This document shows positions 10,127 through 19,737 of a stretch of 20,000 nt of DNA, piece by piece. The DNA comes from Emiliania huxleyi CCMP1516 (lineage: Eukaryota). The position numbers and the translations under genes are program-made. How positions within the stretch are numbered: position 1 is the stretch's first letter; each line of letters begins with the position of its first letter. Below the pieces are notes generated by a model. It saw only the letters and a list, made by a program, of their open reading frames with translations. It did not search any database and was not told the origin of the DNA. The stretch spans positions 388,688-408,687 of the forward strand of contig NW_005201360.1 of the NCBI RefSeq assembly GCF_000372725.1, written 5' to 3'.

Positions 10127-12832
10127 TCAGTGCGCGAAGCGGCACTGGTCCCCCTGCCTGCAATAGCCGGCAGCGAAGAAGCGGCACCGGGGGACTCCGG
10201 TCTGCTCGCTCGTGGAGTCGTCGCGAGCGCTGTCGGTGTCGCAGTCGCCCGACTCGGAGTCGTCAGGCTGGCTGCCGGACTGGTCGTAGCCGTCCTCGGC
10301 GTCGGAGCCGCCGCCGTCGGACGGCCCCTCGTCGCGCGGGCACGCCTTGGAGGAGAGGTGCTCGAGGTGTGCTCGTTGGATCAGCCCCTCGCACCCCTCG
10401 AGGGCGCCTTTGAAAGAGGGCGGGCGGTGGAGAATCCCTCGGATGAACTCCCCAACCTCTTGGTCGTAGTCCCCGAGGGCGCGCTCGACGATGGCGGCGA
10501 TGCCGCCGACGGAGAGGTCGCCGCCGGTGAGGGACCGCAGGCACCAGTCCGCGAGCGCGCCGGCGTCTGCGCGTCCCGCCTCGCTGCCGAGCAGGAGCGT
10601 GGCGACGGGCGAGGCGACGGCGCGGAGGATTCGGAGAGCCTGCTCGAGCTCGCGCTGTTCGTCGGTCCCTGCGCCGTTGGCGCCGAGCGAGCGTCCGGCG
10701 AGGTCGCGCAGCCGCGACAGATCGAAGCTGCAGCTTGCGGCATCGATGAGCAGCTGGTGGAGATCCGCGGCCGGTGCGGAGAAGGCCGCGCCCCTTGGGA
10801 ACAGTCCCTTGACGGCGCCCTCGATCTCGTTTCGGAGCCCTCTGCGCGCCTCGTGGATGTACGAGGGGATCGCCATCGCGCTCGTGCGATGCCCCTCGGC
10901 GTCGACGCAGCCGTTCGAGAGGATCGCGCGCAGGACGTCGGTCCTGGCGTCCGACGGGGCGAGGTCGGCGGAGAAGGCCTTGCCCTCGGCCGCGGCGACG
11001 CGGACGGCCCTAGTGACGGCTTTGCCTCGGATGGCGAGCGCGGACTCGGGGCCAATGGCTCTCGAGAGCTGGCCTGGCTTGAGCAGTGGGAGGCGCCGCG
11101 CGCCGCGAGACGCCTCTTCATCGCTGTCGCTGTCGGAGAGGGCGATTCCGCGCGAACTCCCTCCGCTGGCGGCGTAGCCTCCTCGGTCACGTGTCGACTC
11201 GACGGACGGTGTGGCGCGCTTGCGCGACTGGCTCCTCGAGTAGAGCGCGATGGCGATGTCCCGGACGCCGTCGAGGTCGCTCGGGCGCTTGAGGCCGCAA
11301 AGCGCCTCGTAGAGGATCGGGTCTTCGAGCAGCGACGCGAGGCTCGCGATCATGAGCCTCGCGGCGATATCCGGCTCCTCCTCGTCGATGCTCTGCGGGT
11401 CGGCGCCGGCCATCCGCGCGAAGCACTTGACGCTGAAGAGGGCGCGGAGGACGGTGCCGCTGTCCGCGCCCGCGGGGGTGATGGCGGCGAGCACCTCCCG
11501 CCCCGCGTCGAGGATCGAGCGCGTACCTGCGGCGCGGAGGCCGGCGGTCCGGCTCTCCCCTTACGAGTATCGTCCCGTATCGGTGTCGCGATTGCCGGGC
11601 GGGCACTCGGGGTGGGTCACCACCTGTCCCCGGCGCGCTCGGCGGTGGCGAGGGAGGCTGGTGCTCCGGGCTCGTCAGCGGTTCGCCGCCTGCCGGGGGG
11701 GGCGACGCTGCGGGTGAGCGTCGTGTCGCGACTGCTCTTGCCCGGACTACCGTGACGGTATCGTGTCGTGCGTGTTGCGTCGGGGCGCGAGGGCCGGTGT
11801 CATGTCGGGTGCCACGGGGCTGGCGTGAGGGCCGCGTCCGCCGCTCGACCGGTGGACTTCCGCCGGCGGAGGGGGTGCCGTGTCCCTTGGCGCTTGCGGG
11901 CGAGGGAGCCGTGTCCCAGTACTCACCGGTTTGCCGGGTCATTGTATCGTGTCGGGGCGCGAGGGCCAGTGTCGTGTCGGGTGCCGCGGGGGCTGGCTCG
12001 AGGGCCACGTTTGCCGCTCGGCCGGCGGGCTTCGCCGGCCGAGGGGGTTGGGCGCCGCTTGGCGGGGCCGAGGGTTCGCCCTCGGCCCGAGGGATCGCCC
12101 TCGGTACTCGCCGGATCGCCGGGTCATCGTGTCGTGTGGGGGCGCGCGGGCCAGTGTCGTGTCGGTGCCACGGGGGCTGGCTCGAGGGCCGCGTCCGCCG
12201 CTCGGCTGGTGGGCTTCCGCCGGCCGAGGGGGGGGGGGGGGGGTGCCCCTTGGCGGGGCCGAGGGTTCGCCCTCGGCCCGAGGGATCGCCCTCAGTACTC
12301 ACCGGATCGTCATCGTATCGTACGTCAGCCGTGTGACGGAGGGATTCGCCCTCGGCCCTCGGAGGGATCGCCCTCGAGGGCCACGTCCGCCGCTCGGCCG
12401 GTGGGCTTCCACCGGCCGAGGGGGCATGGGTGCCGCTTGGCGGGGCCGAGGGTTCGCCCTCGGCCGGAGGGATCGCCCTCAGTACTCACCGGATCGCCGG
12501 GTCATCGTGTCGTGTCGGGGCGCGAGGGCCAGTGTCGTGTCGGGTGCCGCCGGGGCTGGCTCGAGGGCCACGTTCGCCGCTCGGCCGGTGGGCTTCCGCC
12601 GGCCGAGGGGGCATGGGTGCCGCTTGGCAGAGCGGGGGGGGGGTGGACGGTCACCTGGATCGTTGAACTCGGAACGTTGGCTGGGGCTGCCGACGAGCGG
12701 CGCGGGGGGCGACGTCGGCTCCGCGACGCCGTCGGCCCGGGAGCAGCCGCGCGCGGGGATGACCTCGTCGTCGCTGACGAGGAGGTTGCGCAGCGCCTTC
12801 TGCATGAAGGAGAGCATTGACGTTGCCGGCAT
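10127..12832 (-). CDS. Gag-like ORF1 with C-terminal CCCH zinc finger; proposed exons 12832-12490 and 11526-10127 (~580 aa)
   Basis: The 455-aa ORF 10127..11494 ends in CRFFAAGYCRQGDQCRFAH (C-x7-C-x5-C-x3-H) and is open upstream only to a TAA at 11563-11561. A phase-1 GTGAGT donor (12489) and a CCGCAG acceptor (11527) join it in frame to the ATG-initiated ORF at 12832. Confidence 0.6.
11752..12627. repeat. Degenerate ~185-bp tandem repeat, ~4.5 units
   Basis: Recurring CCGGGTCAT (11934, 12119, 12497), GGGGCGCGAGGGCCAGTGTCGTGTCGG and GAGGGTTCGCCCTCGGCC blocks. Confidence 0.9.
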
Positions 12833-13197
12833 CGGTAGTCGTTCGGTTCGGCCTGGCTGCCCTGCGCGCCGGGGCGCCCGCAGCGAGCGTCGCTGGCGGG
12901 CCGGCGGGTAGCGCCGCCTCCGCTCGCTTGAGAACTGGTCGATTGGCGTCTGTCTGAGCAGGAGCCGACGCTAGTCGGGAGCTGTGTCAGGAGCCTCGTG
13001 GCGCTCGGAGGTCCCGCGCACAAAGCGGCGGGCAGCGGCGGGCGCGGGGGTAAGGGTTCCCGCCCGCTAGGCGCTGCCCTCTGCGCCGAGGCTCGACCCG
13101 CTTCTCCTCAGTTCACTAGCACAAACTGAAGTTTGTTTATCATCGACGGAAAATCATTTCTAGTGGGCGGACTTGTACCCACTCTCGCTTGTCCACG

Positions 13198-15386
13198 ATG
13201 GACGCCGCCGACCTCGGATCGCTTCCGACTCGGGAGCTGCTTCACCGGTGTCGCGCCGCGGGCTTGGACCTCGCCGGCCTCAGCGACAAGCGCGACCTCG
13301 TCGACGCGCTGATGGCGCACGAGGTGGGTACAGTGACGGACTCGCCGATGCGTGAGGCAGAGGTTTCCGACCGGTACAGCGGCGGAGCTGAGGCCTCATG
13401 CGAGGCCTCATGCGACGAGGACGCGGAGGAGATGTCCGAGCGCGAGGCACAGGCGGGCGAGCCTGAGGGCGAGGGCGAGGGCGAGGGCGAGGGCGAGGGC
13501 GAGGGCGAGGGCGAGGGCGAGGGCGAGGGCGAGGGCGAGGGCGAGGGCGAGGGCGAGGGCGAGGGCGAGGGCGAGGGCGAGGACGAGGAGGAGGGCGATG
13601 GTGACGAGGAGGAGGAGGCGGAGCTGATGCGGCAAGCGCTGCTGATGTCCACGGAGACCGAGGCTGTCCTCTCCGGCCTCCCCATCCGGGAGCTGCGCGC
13701 GCGGCTGCAGGCGCGGGGCATACCGACGGTCGGGCTCGTCGAGAAGGCGGGCTGGTCGCCGCCTGGTCGCTGGAGTGTGAGGAGTGTTCCTTCACTCACA
13801 GTCGCTGGAGTGTGAGCAGGCGGAGCTCGTCGCCGCCCTTCTGCGCGGAACGGAGCAGCCGGACGAGCCGGCAGGCGGCGAGCGGGAGGGCGTGGCTCCC
13901 GTCCCGAAGTGCGACGGCGATGCCGGCGATGCACAGGTCCTGCTCACCTTCAGCCAGCGGGCGCGGCTCCTCTCGGCCGCCGCGGCAGGAAGGCCCACCC
14001 TGGACGGGACCGGCAAGGCGGCGGCTGGCGCCCTCCTCGCGGCCTCTCCTCGGGTGGGGTGCTGTGGACCCGTCTCGGAGCTCTGCCCCCGCAGGTCGTC
14101 GTCCCTCGCTCGTGGCTGCGCGCGCTCGCTCTCGTCCTCGGAGGCGAGCAGCTCGGGCCATCTCGGGTCTATCTCGGGCCATCTCGGGCCATCTCGGGCC
14201 TGTCTCGGGTCTGTCTCGGGCCCGTCTCGGGGGGTCTGTCTCGGGCCCGTCTCGGGTGATCTCCGCCCCCCCCCCCCCCCTCGGCAGGCGAGCTGCCGCG
14301 CACGCTGCTGCTGCGGCGCTCCCACCGGGGCGGCCGCCTGCTTCATACTCGGAGCTTTCTCAGGAACTTTCTCGGAGCCTTCCTGTAGGCTTTCCCACCG
14401 CGAGTCGGCCGTCTGCGTCGGAGTCGACGAGTTTGTCGAAGACGCCTCCATTGCGGCGGCGGGCGGCGGTGGCAGCTTCGACGGCGGCGCTCTCGCGGCG
14501 GCGCTTGTCCCGCGTTGGGTCCTCACTTCGCTCGGCGTCGCTGCCGGCGAGGAGGCACTCGTCTCTGTGGTCGCGTTGCCGCGCGCCACGTGGGTCCGGC
14601 TCCAGCCCCACACGGACGCCTTCGCCGCCTCGCTCGGCCGCGACGCAGACCCGCGCCAGCTGCTGACGCAGCTCATCAACCGCTTCGTCGCCGTCTCGGT
14701 GCGCGGCAGCAGCGTGCAGCGGAGCCACTTCCTAGACACTTCCTAGACACTTCCTAGGCAGCAGCGTGCAGCGGAGCCACTTCCTAGACACTTCCTAGAC
14801 ACTCCCTAGGCAGCAGCGTGCAGCGGAGCCACTTCCTAGACACTTCCTAGACACTCCCTAGGCAGCAGCGTGCAGCGGAGCCACTTCCTAGACACTTCCT
14901 AGACACTCCCTAGGCAGCAGCGTGCAGCGGAGCCGCGGAGAAAGGAAGGCCTCTGTCGGACCCCTTCCTGGGCCTTCCCCGCAGGTCGGCGACACCATCC
15001 AGCTGGCGATCGACGGGCAGCGGCACGCGCTAGACGTCACCGCGCTGCGCGGCACGCCGGGGGAGCGGTGCGGGTTGCCGGGCACGATGCTTGACGTGGG
15101 CGCCGCGCTGCGGTCCCTCGACGCCAAGCCGTGGGCGTGCGGCGTCTGCACGCTGATTAACCCGCCGGGCCGCGCCAGCTGCTCGGCGTGCTCGACGCGG
15201 CGGCCGGAGGACGCGGCGGCCGGAGGCGGAGGCGGCGGAGGCGTGCCTGTGCGGTCCGCGTGCTTGGTAGACGTCGACCTCGAGGTGGACCTCGCGCCGT
15301 CGGCCGAGGCGGAGGGGGTGGCGGAGCGGGAGGCGGAGGCGGAGGCGGAGGCGAGGCGGCGGCAGCAGGCGGAGGCGGAGGCGTGC

Positions 15387-15419
<33 letters not shown>

Positions 15420-15770
15420 GCGAGGGAGAAGGCGGAGGCGGAGGCGGAGGCGGAGGCGCGGCGCAGGGTCGCCTCCGACGCCCTCGGCGCGCTCCTAGGG
15501 TCACGCGGCGGGGAGGAGGCCGCCCTGCAGTGTGCAGTCCGGCGGCCCGACGGTACGCGGGGCACCGCGCGGCTGCGGCCGGAGGAGCCGCTGCTGGCGC
15601 TCTGGTGGCTGGCGGAGGCGGAGGCGCCGGCGGGAGAGGCGCTGCCGCCGGGCTTCCGCCTCGCGACGGGTTTCCCGCGCCGCCTGCTGGAGCGGCCAGC
15701 GGACGGCGGCGTCTCCCTCTCCTCGCTGGGACTCGACCCGGGGCAGCACCTGTTCTTTGTGGAGGCGTGA
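13198..15770 (+). CDS. Multidomain p97/Cdc48 cofactor-like protein (SAP-like x2, UIM, UFD1 with inserted NZF, coiled coil, UBX), ~639 aa; exons 13198-13746, 13820-14017, 14095-14143, 14288-14315, 14389-14698, 14985-15770
   Basis: Exons sum to 1920 nt in frame. UFD1 motifs: GKVVVPRSWL, LLLRL..VCVGVDEF, VPRWVLTSLG, LPRATWVRLQP, DPRQLL..FVAVSVGDTI, ACLVDVDLEVDLAP. NZF: WACGVCTLIN-x6-CSAC. UBX: VRRPDG...TGFPRR...SLSSLGL. UIM-like: EEEEAELMRQALLMS. Confidence 0.85.
13465..13578 (+). repeat. (GAGGGC)19 coding hexamer repeat (Glu-Gly)
   Basis: Perfect in-frame repeat in exon 1. Confidence 0.95.
14151..14240 (+). repeat. Intronic ~10-bp repeat (RTCTCGGGYY-type)
   Basis: Repeated TCTCGGG cores in intron 3. 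Confidence 0.85.
14705..14934 (+). repeat. Intronic 52-bp minisatellite, ~4.4 copies
   Basis: GGCAGCAGCGTGCAGCGGAGCC starts at 14705, 14757, 14809, 14861 and 14913. Confidence 0.95.
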
Positions 15771-15836
15771 AGTGGGAGAGAGGGTAGAGCGGAACCGGAT
15801 GGGCTTAGCCAGGAATACGTGGCTGGGTTCACAGCG

Positions 15837-15963
15837 ATTGTAGGTAAATGAAAGAAAGAAAAGAAAGAAAACTCAGACAAACCAAGGGAGGGATGGGAGG
15901 ACGGCGCGCCGGCCACCACACAGGGATTTTTAAGGAGAGGGGTGTGATGCGCTAGCCGTCGCC
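15837..15963 (-). mobile_element. Retroposon 3'-end copy with CATTTACCTACAAT tail
   Basis: Same core and TTTC tract as 8088-8215 but a different tail. The tail recurs at 16748-16761. Confidence 0.7.
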
Positions 15964-16699
15964 TCTGGGGGGAGGCGAGGGCCCTAGGGGGTACCCATGC
16001 GGGGGGGGGATGGGGTCCCCCAGCCCGCCGCAGGCGCCGATTTTTTTGACATTTTTTCTTTTTCGCGCGATTTTTTACTTGTTTTCATGGGAATTCGGCG
16101 TACTTGCGGCCATGCTATCACGCCTTGCGACATCCTTTCGGCGCTGCTGACCGTGCCATGCTGCTCAACTGACCGCCTGCATAGCTCGCGGCCTTAGTCT
16201 TCGGCATTCAGTGACGACCTGATCGTACGGCCAGTAGGAAGGTGTCCTTCCAGCGCGTGCACGCTTCTGACGCAATGCGCGTCACAAACTGCCTCGGATT
16301 GGCTGCTGGCACTCTCGAGGCTATGCCTACACAGCCTCGCGCGCATGGGCAGTCAAGAGGGACCATGCACCTTCTCAGGACAGCGCCGGTGCCTCTCTCT
16401 TGGACCGGCAAACGTGGTGGTCTCGTGTCACCAATGCAGACGTCGGCCTGTCTGCTGTCTGGAGTGATCTGTCGGCGGTCAGTACGACCGATCAGGTCGG
16501 AGTTTTCTGATGGTTGGAGGGTCTATCTGTATGTACTCCTCGAGATCTCTCCAAATCTGCCCTCTACTCAACCGTACTCATTCGGGAAGTCGGTGCTAAC
16601 GGAGACTAACGGAGCCGGAGCCCCGTTTCCGCACTGCTGCGCGGCGCACGGTGCCTCCGGGGGCCCCATCCTCCCCCCAGAGGCCGTCGCCCACCCTTG

Positions 16700-16761
16700 T
16701 AAGAAGAGGGGTGTGATGCGCTAGCCGTCGCCCACACAGGTATTTTAATTGTAGGTAAATG
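16700..16761 (-). repeat. Partial retroposon core and adjacent tail fragment
   Basis: GAGGGGTGTGATGCGCTAGCCGTCGCC is identical to 15937-15963. ATTGTAGGTAAATG is identical to 15837-15850. Confidence 0.75.
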
Positions 16762-16948
16762 TCAGGAACTTTCCTTTTTTTTCGACTCGCGCCCCCCCTC
16801 CGCCTCAGTAGCCCTGGCCGGTGCGCCTGCAGAGTTGAAGTTCCCGAGTAAAAATTCGAACACATTCTCTCACGGTGACCAAAAAATGTCCAGCTCAGAG
16901 GCACCTCCGGAGGCAGGCCGCCGCACGCCGGCGACACAGCTCCAGCCT

Positions 16949-17694
16949 GGGGGGTCGACGGGCCCCCGGGGGCGACGGGGGTGCTCTCCGGCCGCGGCGG
17001 CCGAAAACGGGGACCTCTAGTACGGTCTAGTAATGAAGTGATGCACTTGATGCAAGGGTGCCATTGTGCTCTACTACAAAAGTTGTGTAAGATGCCCAAG
17101 TCTCAGACACTGAATCCTTAGCGGAGCTGAGTTCTGACGGTGTGAACACGAGCAACCGGAGTGACGACCGGGACCGGGCCGCACGCCGGGAGTGCCCCCG
17201 ACTAGCAGTGACGGGCGCGGATGAGCGAATGAGAGGTCGCTGTCTGTGGGAGATGTGTTATTAGAGACTAGGGCTGTCTATCTCTCACCGAAAGGGACCT
17301 CTCATTCGCTCGTCCGCACCCGTCACTGCTCACGGAGTGCTCCGCGTGCCGCACCGGCCGCCGCCGGCCGCCGGCCGCTCACGGTAACGGAACAGTGTTA
17401 CTACTCCGCAACGTTGAGATGGATCAAACTGAATAGTGCTCCTGAAAGCCCTCTCTCTGCTCTGCCACACAGTAGCAGCTCACGACTAGCAGCTGTTGTG
17501 GCTGTATTTGTAGCCATTTTTAGGCTTCAACTGGTCCCAAAAAATAGTAGCAACGCCTCATGAAAATCAGTCGAAAAAGCCCCAAAAAATCGGCGCCTGC
17601 GGCGGGCCTCCTGGGGCTGCGCCCCAGACCCCCTTGACTGGGGGGACCCCCCCCCAGAGCACCCCCGTCGCCCCCGGGGGCCCGTCGACCCCCC
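16949..17694. mobile_element. MITE-like region bounded by perfect 39-bp inverted repeats (16949-16987 / 17656-17694)
   Basis: G6TCGACGGGCCCCCGGGGGCGACGGGGGTGCTCT and its exact reverse complement. Confidence 0.65.
17204..17330. repeat. Imperfect 51-bp-arm hairpin with 25-nt loop
   Basis: 17204-17254 pairs with 17280-17330. The outer 35 bp have 2 mismatches. Confidence 0.85.
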
Positions 17695-18791
17695 GGGAGC
17701 TCCAGCTGTCGAACTGACCCGCAGCTCCTCTCAGAGCGGGAACTGTGACGAAAGTTGACTGAGGTGGTTGTCAGGAAACATCATACGGATCACATGGTGA
17801 CTCTCTCATGACGGGAGACCGCCCGACCACTCCTGGGTGGCACTGCCACCGGTGTCGCTCGACGTCCTGTCGACAGCGTGCCGACAGAGAGACACAGACC
17901 ATGTGGGACGCGTCGAGTATCGACCTCTACTGCTTACCCAGCCTTCGAGTGTATCCTGGCTGTGGTCCCACACCCACTGGTGTCCATCTCAGAGACCGCA
18001 GGAGGTCATGAGGATCGATGGGAGTGCCAATCCCACAATGCCTAAAAACCCAGCGCAGTATCACATTTTAGCCCCCCGCTACCCAGTCGCAGTCGTGCGA
18101 CGTAGCGGGGGGCCACAACTACGTTTACGAAAACATAAGTAGTCCCGCGAGGTGTGAATTTGGCCGCCCCAGTAGCCCCCTTTCCAATGGCTTGATTTTG
18201 GGCGCGTCCCCAGAGCGTCCAAACTTGGATGGGCGCGAACCGTATCTCGCAACGAATCTCGCCGGCCTCACCGGCCCTCTTTGCTTTGACCGACGCCCGT
18301 CCGCTCGACTGGCCGATAAAGAGCGACCCGTACGACGCGCACTTGTCGTCCTCCCTCCTCGCCAAATGACGGCCGCCCCCCGACACCGACAGTCGCGCTC
18401 CGCACGCCTTCAAGGTCAGCTGCGGCCGAGCGACGATCGGCCCGTCTCCGATCGCTGCCGCGGTCACTCTCCGGCCCATGACCCGCCTGCCGATCACCTG
18501 TCTGCCTCGCCGCGCGCGGGCCGCTCGCCTGCTCGCCGCCGCCGCCGCGCGTCCCCGCGTCGCCACGCTTCCCTGCACCTGACGGCGCTCGAGCTGCACA
18601 GACGGCGCGCTCTGGCAGACATCCATCCAGGGCCGGTGGGCTAAGAGGTAAGAGCACACCCAGCGGGCCAGATGATTGGCATCGGGTTGCGGGCAAGAGA
18701 CAGGCAAGAGAGCCCTAGCCCTGGGTGGGGGGTGCGCGTTCGCAGGGAAAAAGGGCCGTAAAGTAAACACGGGTCTCCGAGGGTTAGTTCC

Positions 18792-18830
18792 GAGAGAGAT
18801 TTTTAGCAATACCAAACAACTCTAACACTC
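18792..18830 (+). repeat. Retroposon-like 3' tail
   Basis: Exact reverse complement of 5257-5295. Confidence 0.75.
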
Positions 18831-18861
18831 GTTTGTTAGTTCCGTGTACCTACCGCTACCG

Positions 18862-19170
18862 GGTTTCCCCTTAACTGCAGAACGCCCCCCCCCCCTCTCT
18901 CTCGGACTCGGTCGGAGCTAACCGAATACGAGAATACTCTCCGAGAGTTTTGGACCCGCGTACCAGGTTTCCCCTTCACTGCAGAACGCCCCCTCTCTCT
19001 CTCTCTCGGTCGGAGCTAACCGAATACGAGAATACTCTCCGAGAGTTGGACCCGCGTACCAGGTTTCCCCTTAACTGCAGGACGCCCCCTCTCTCTCTCT
19101 CTCGGTCGGAGCTAACCGAATACGAGAATACTCTCCGAGAGTTGGACCCGCGTACCAGGTTTCCCCTTAA
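18862..19170 (+). repeat. ~96-bp tandem repeat, 3 units plus an interrupted 4th (continues 19742-19769)
   Basis: GGTTTCCCCTT starts at 18862, 18966, 19062 and 19158. Confidence 0.95.
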
Positions 19171-19737
19171 CCCTTTTACGTACACATTTCGAGCGAGTGA
19201 AAACCAACTCCTGAGCACGGCGCCGCAGGCGCCTGTTGATAGGTCCAGGTGATAGCCCTGGATGGGCAATGCATTCGCCTACCTGGGCCTCAGATCGCCC
19301 GACCGCGTCCCGGTGCTCTGTGGTCGGATTTGTGACGCCGCCGCACCGCGCCGCGGCCGGGGGCCCGCCGGAGGACGAGGATGGCCGTGACGGACCGGGA
19401 CGAGCTCTGGGAGGTTCAGTGTCAGTGAGTATATTGTAGAGGCCACCCATGTGCACAATCTCTTGACTGAGAGCTAAGCCAGGGGAGGCGATGCCGGGGC
19501 CGTACAGCAGCTTGATGGTGCTTCGCCGGCGTAGAAGCGGCCGCGGCGGGCTCCGGGTGCCTGAAAAAGACGGAGTTACGTGGGCTGTGGGAGAGTTACT
19601 GTCGACTCAAACGACACTGTGCCGTAATCCTCTCATATATGGCTAAATATTTACCGAGCCGTTTTAAAGTTCCACCGCTACGACTGGAGATATATCGAGA
19701 TTTATTTGGTCCTCAGGACCCTTATGAAGCAAAAGGG
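19171..19737. mobile_element. Non-autonomous piggyBac-like element (567 bp) with TTAA TSD
   Basis: TTAA|CCCTTTT ... AAAAGGG|TTAA. Removing it restores the repeat unit CCCCTTAACTGCAGGACGCCCCCTCT. Confidence 0.85.

Larger units (their letters stand above)
9410..13143 (-). mobile_element. Non-autonomous split-direct-repeat (Ngaro/PAT-type tyrosine-recombinase) retrotransposon, A1-gag-B1-A2-spacer-B2
   Basis: A repeats of 220 bp at 12924-13143 and 9634-9853, and B repeats of 139 bp at 9853-9991 and 9410-9548; each pair is identical by eye. B1 and A2 abut. There is no TSD, and no RT/RNaseH/YR motifs are seen. Confidence 0.88.
8249..13175. mobile_element. TA-flanked DNA transposon remnant (Tc1/mariner-like; ~1.2 kb once the nested element is removed)
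   Basis: TA|CAAGTCCGCCGACTAAATGATTTTC at 8247-8273 and GAAAATCATTTCTAGTGGGCGGACTTG|TA at 13149-13177. The inverted similarity continues into ~9387-9409 when 9410-13143 is excised. No intact transposase is present. Confidence 0.7.

Noticed and set aside
10079..11755. 558-aa plus-strand ORF
   Set aside because: Antisense shadow of the Gag-like ORF in GC-rich DNA, with no motifs.
11752..12911. Several 200-350-aa plus-strand ORFs
   Set aside because: Stop-poor translations of the tandem repeat.
14705..14934. CRISPR-like appearance of regular repeats (also 18862-19170)
   Set aside because: Head-to-tail units without unique spacers, in a eukaryotic context, with no cas genes.
17744..18790. Possible solo LTR or decayed LINE ORF upstream of the 18792 tail
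   Set aside because: No matching CA end or TSD, and no clear protein motif.
18950..19252. ORF with 32-aa repeats
   Set aside because: A consequence of the 96-bp unit; it has a TTG start and is disrupted by the MITE.
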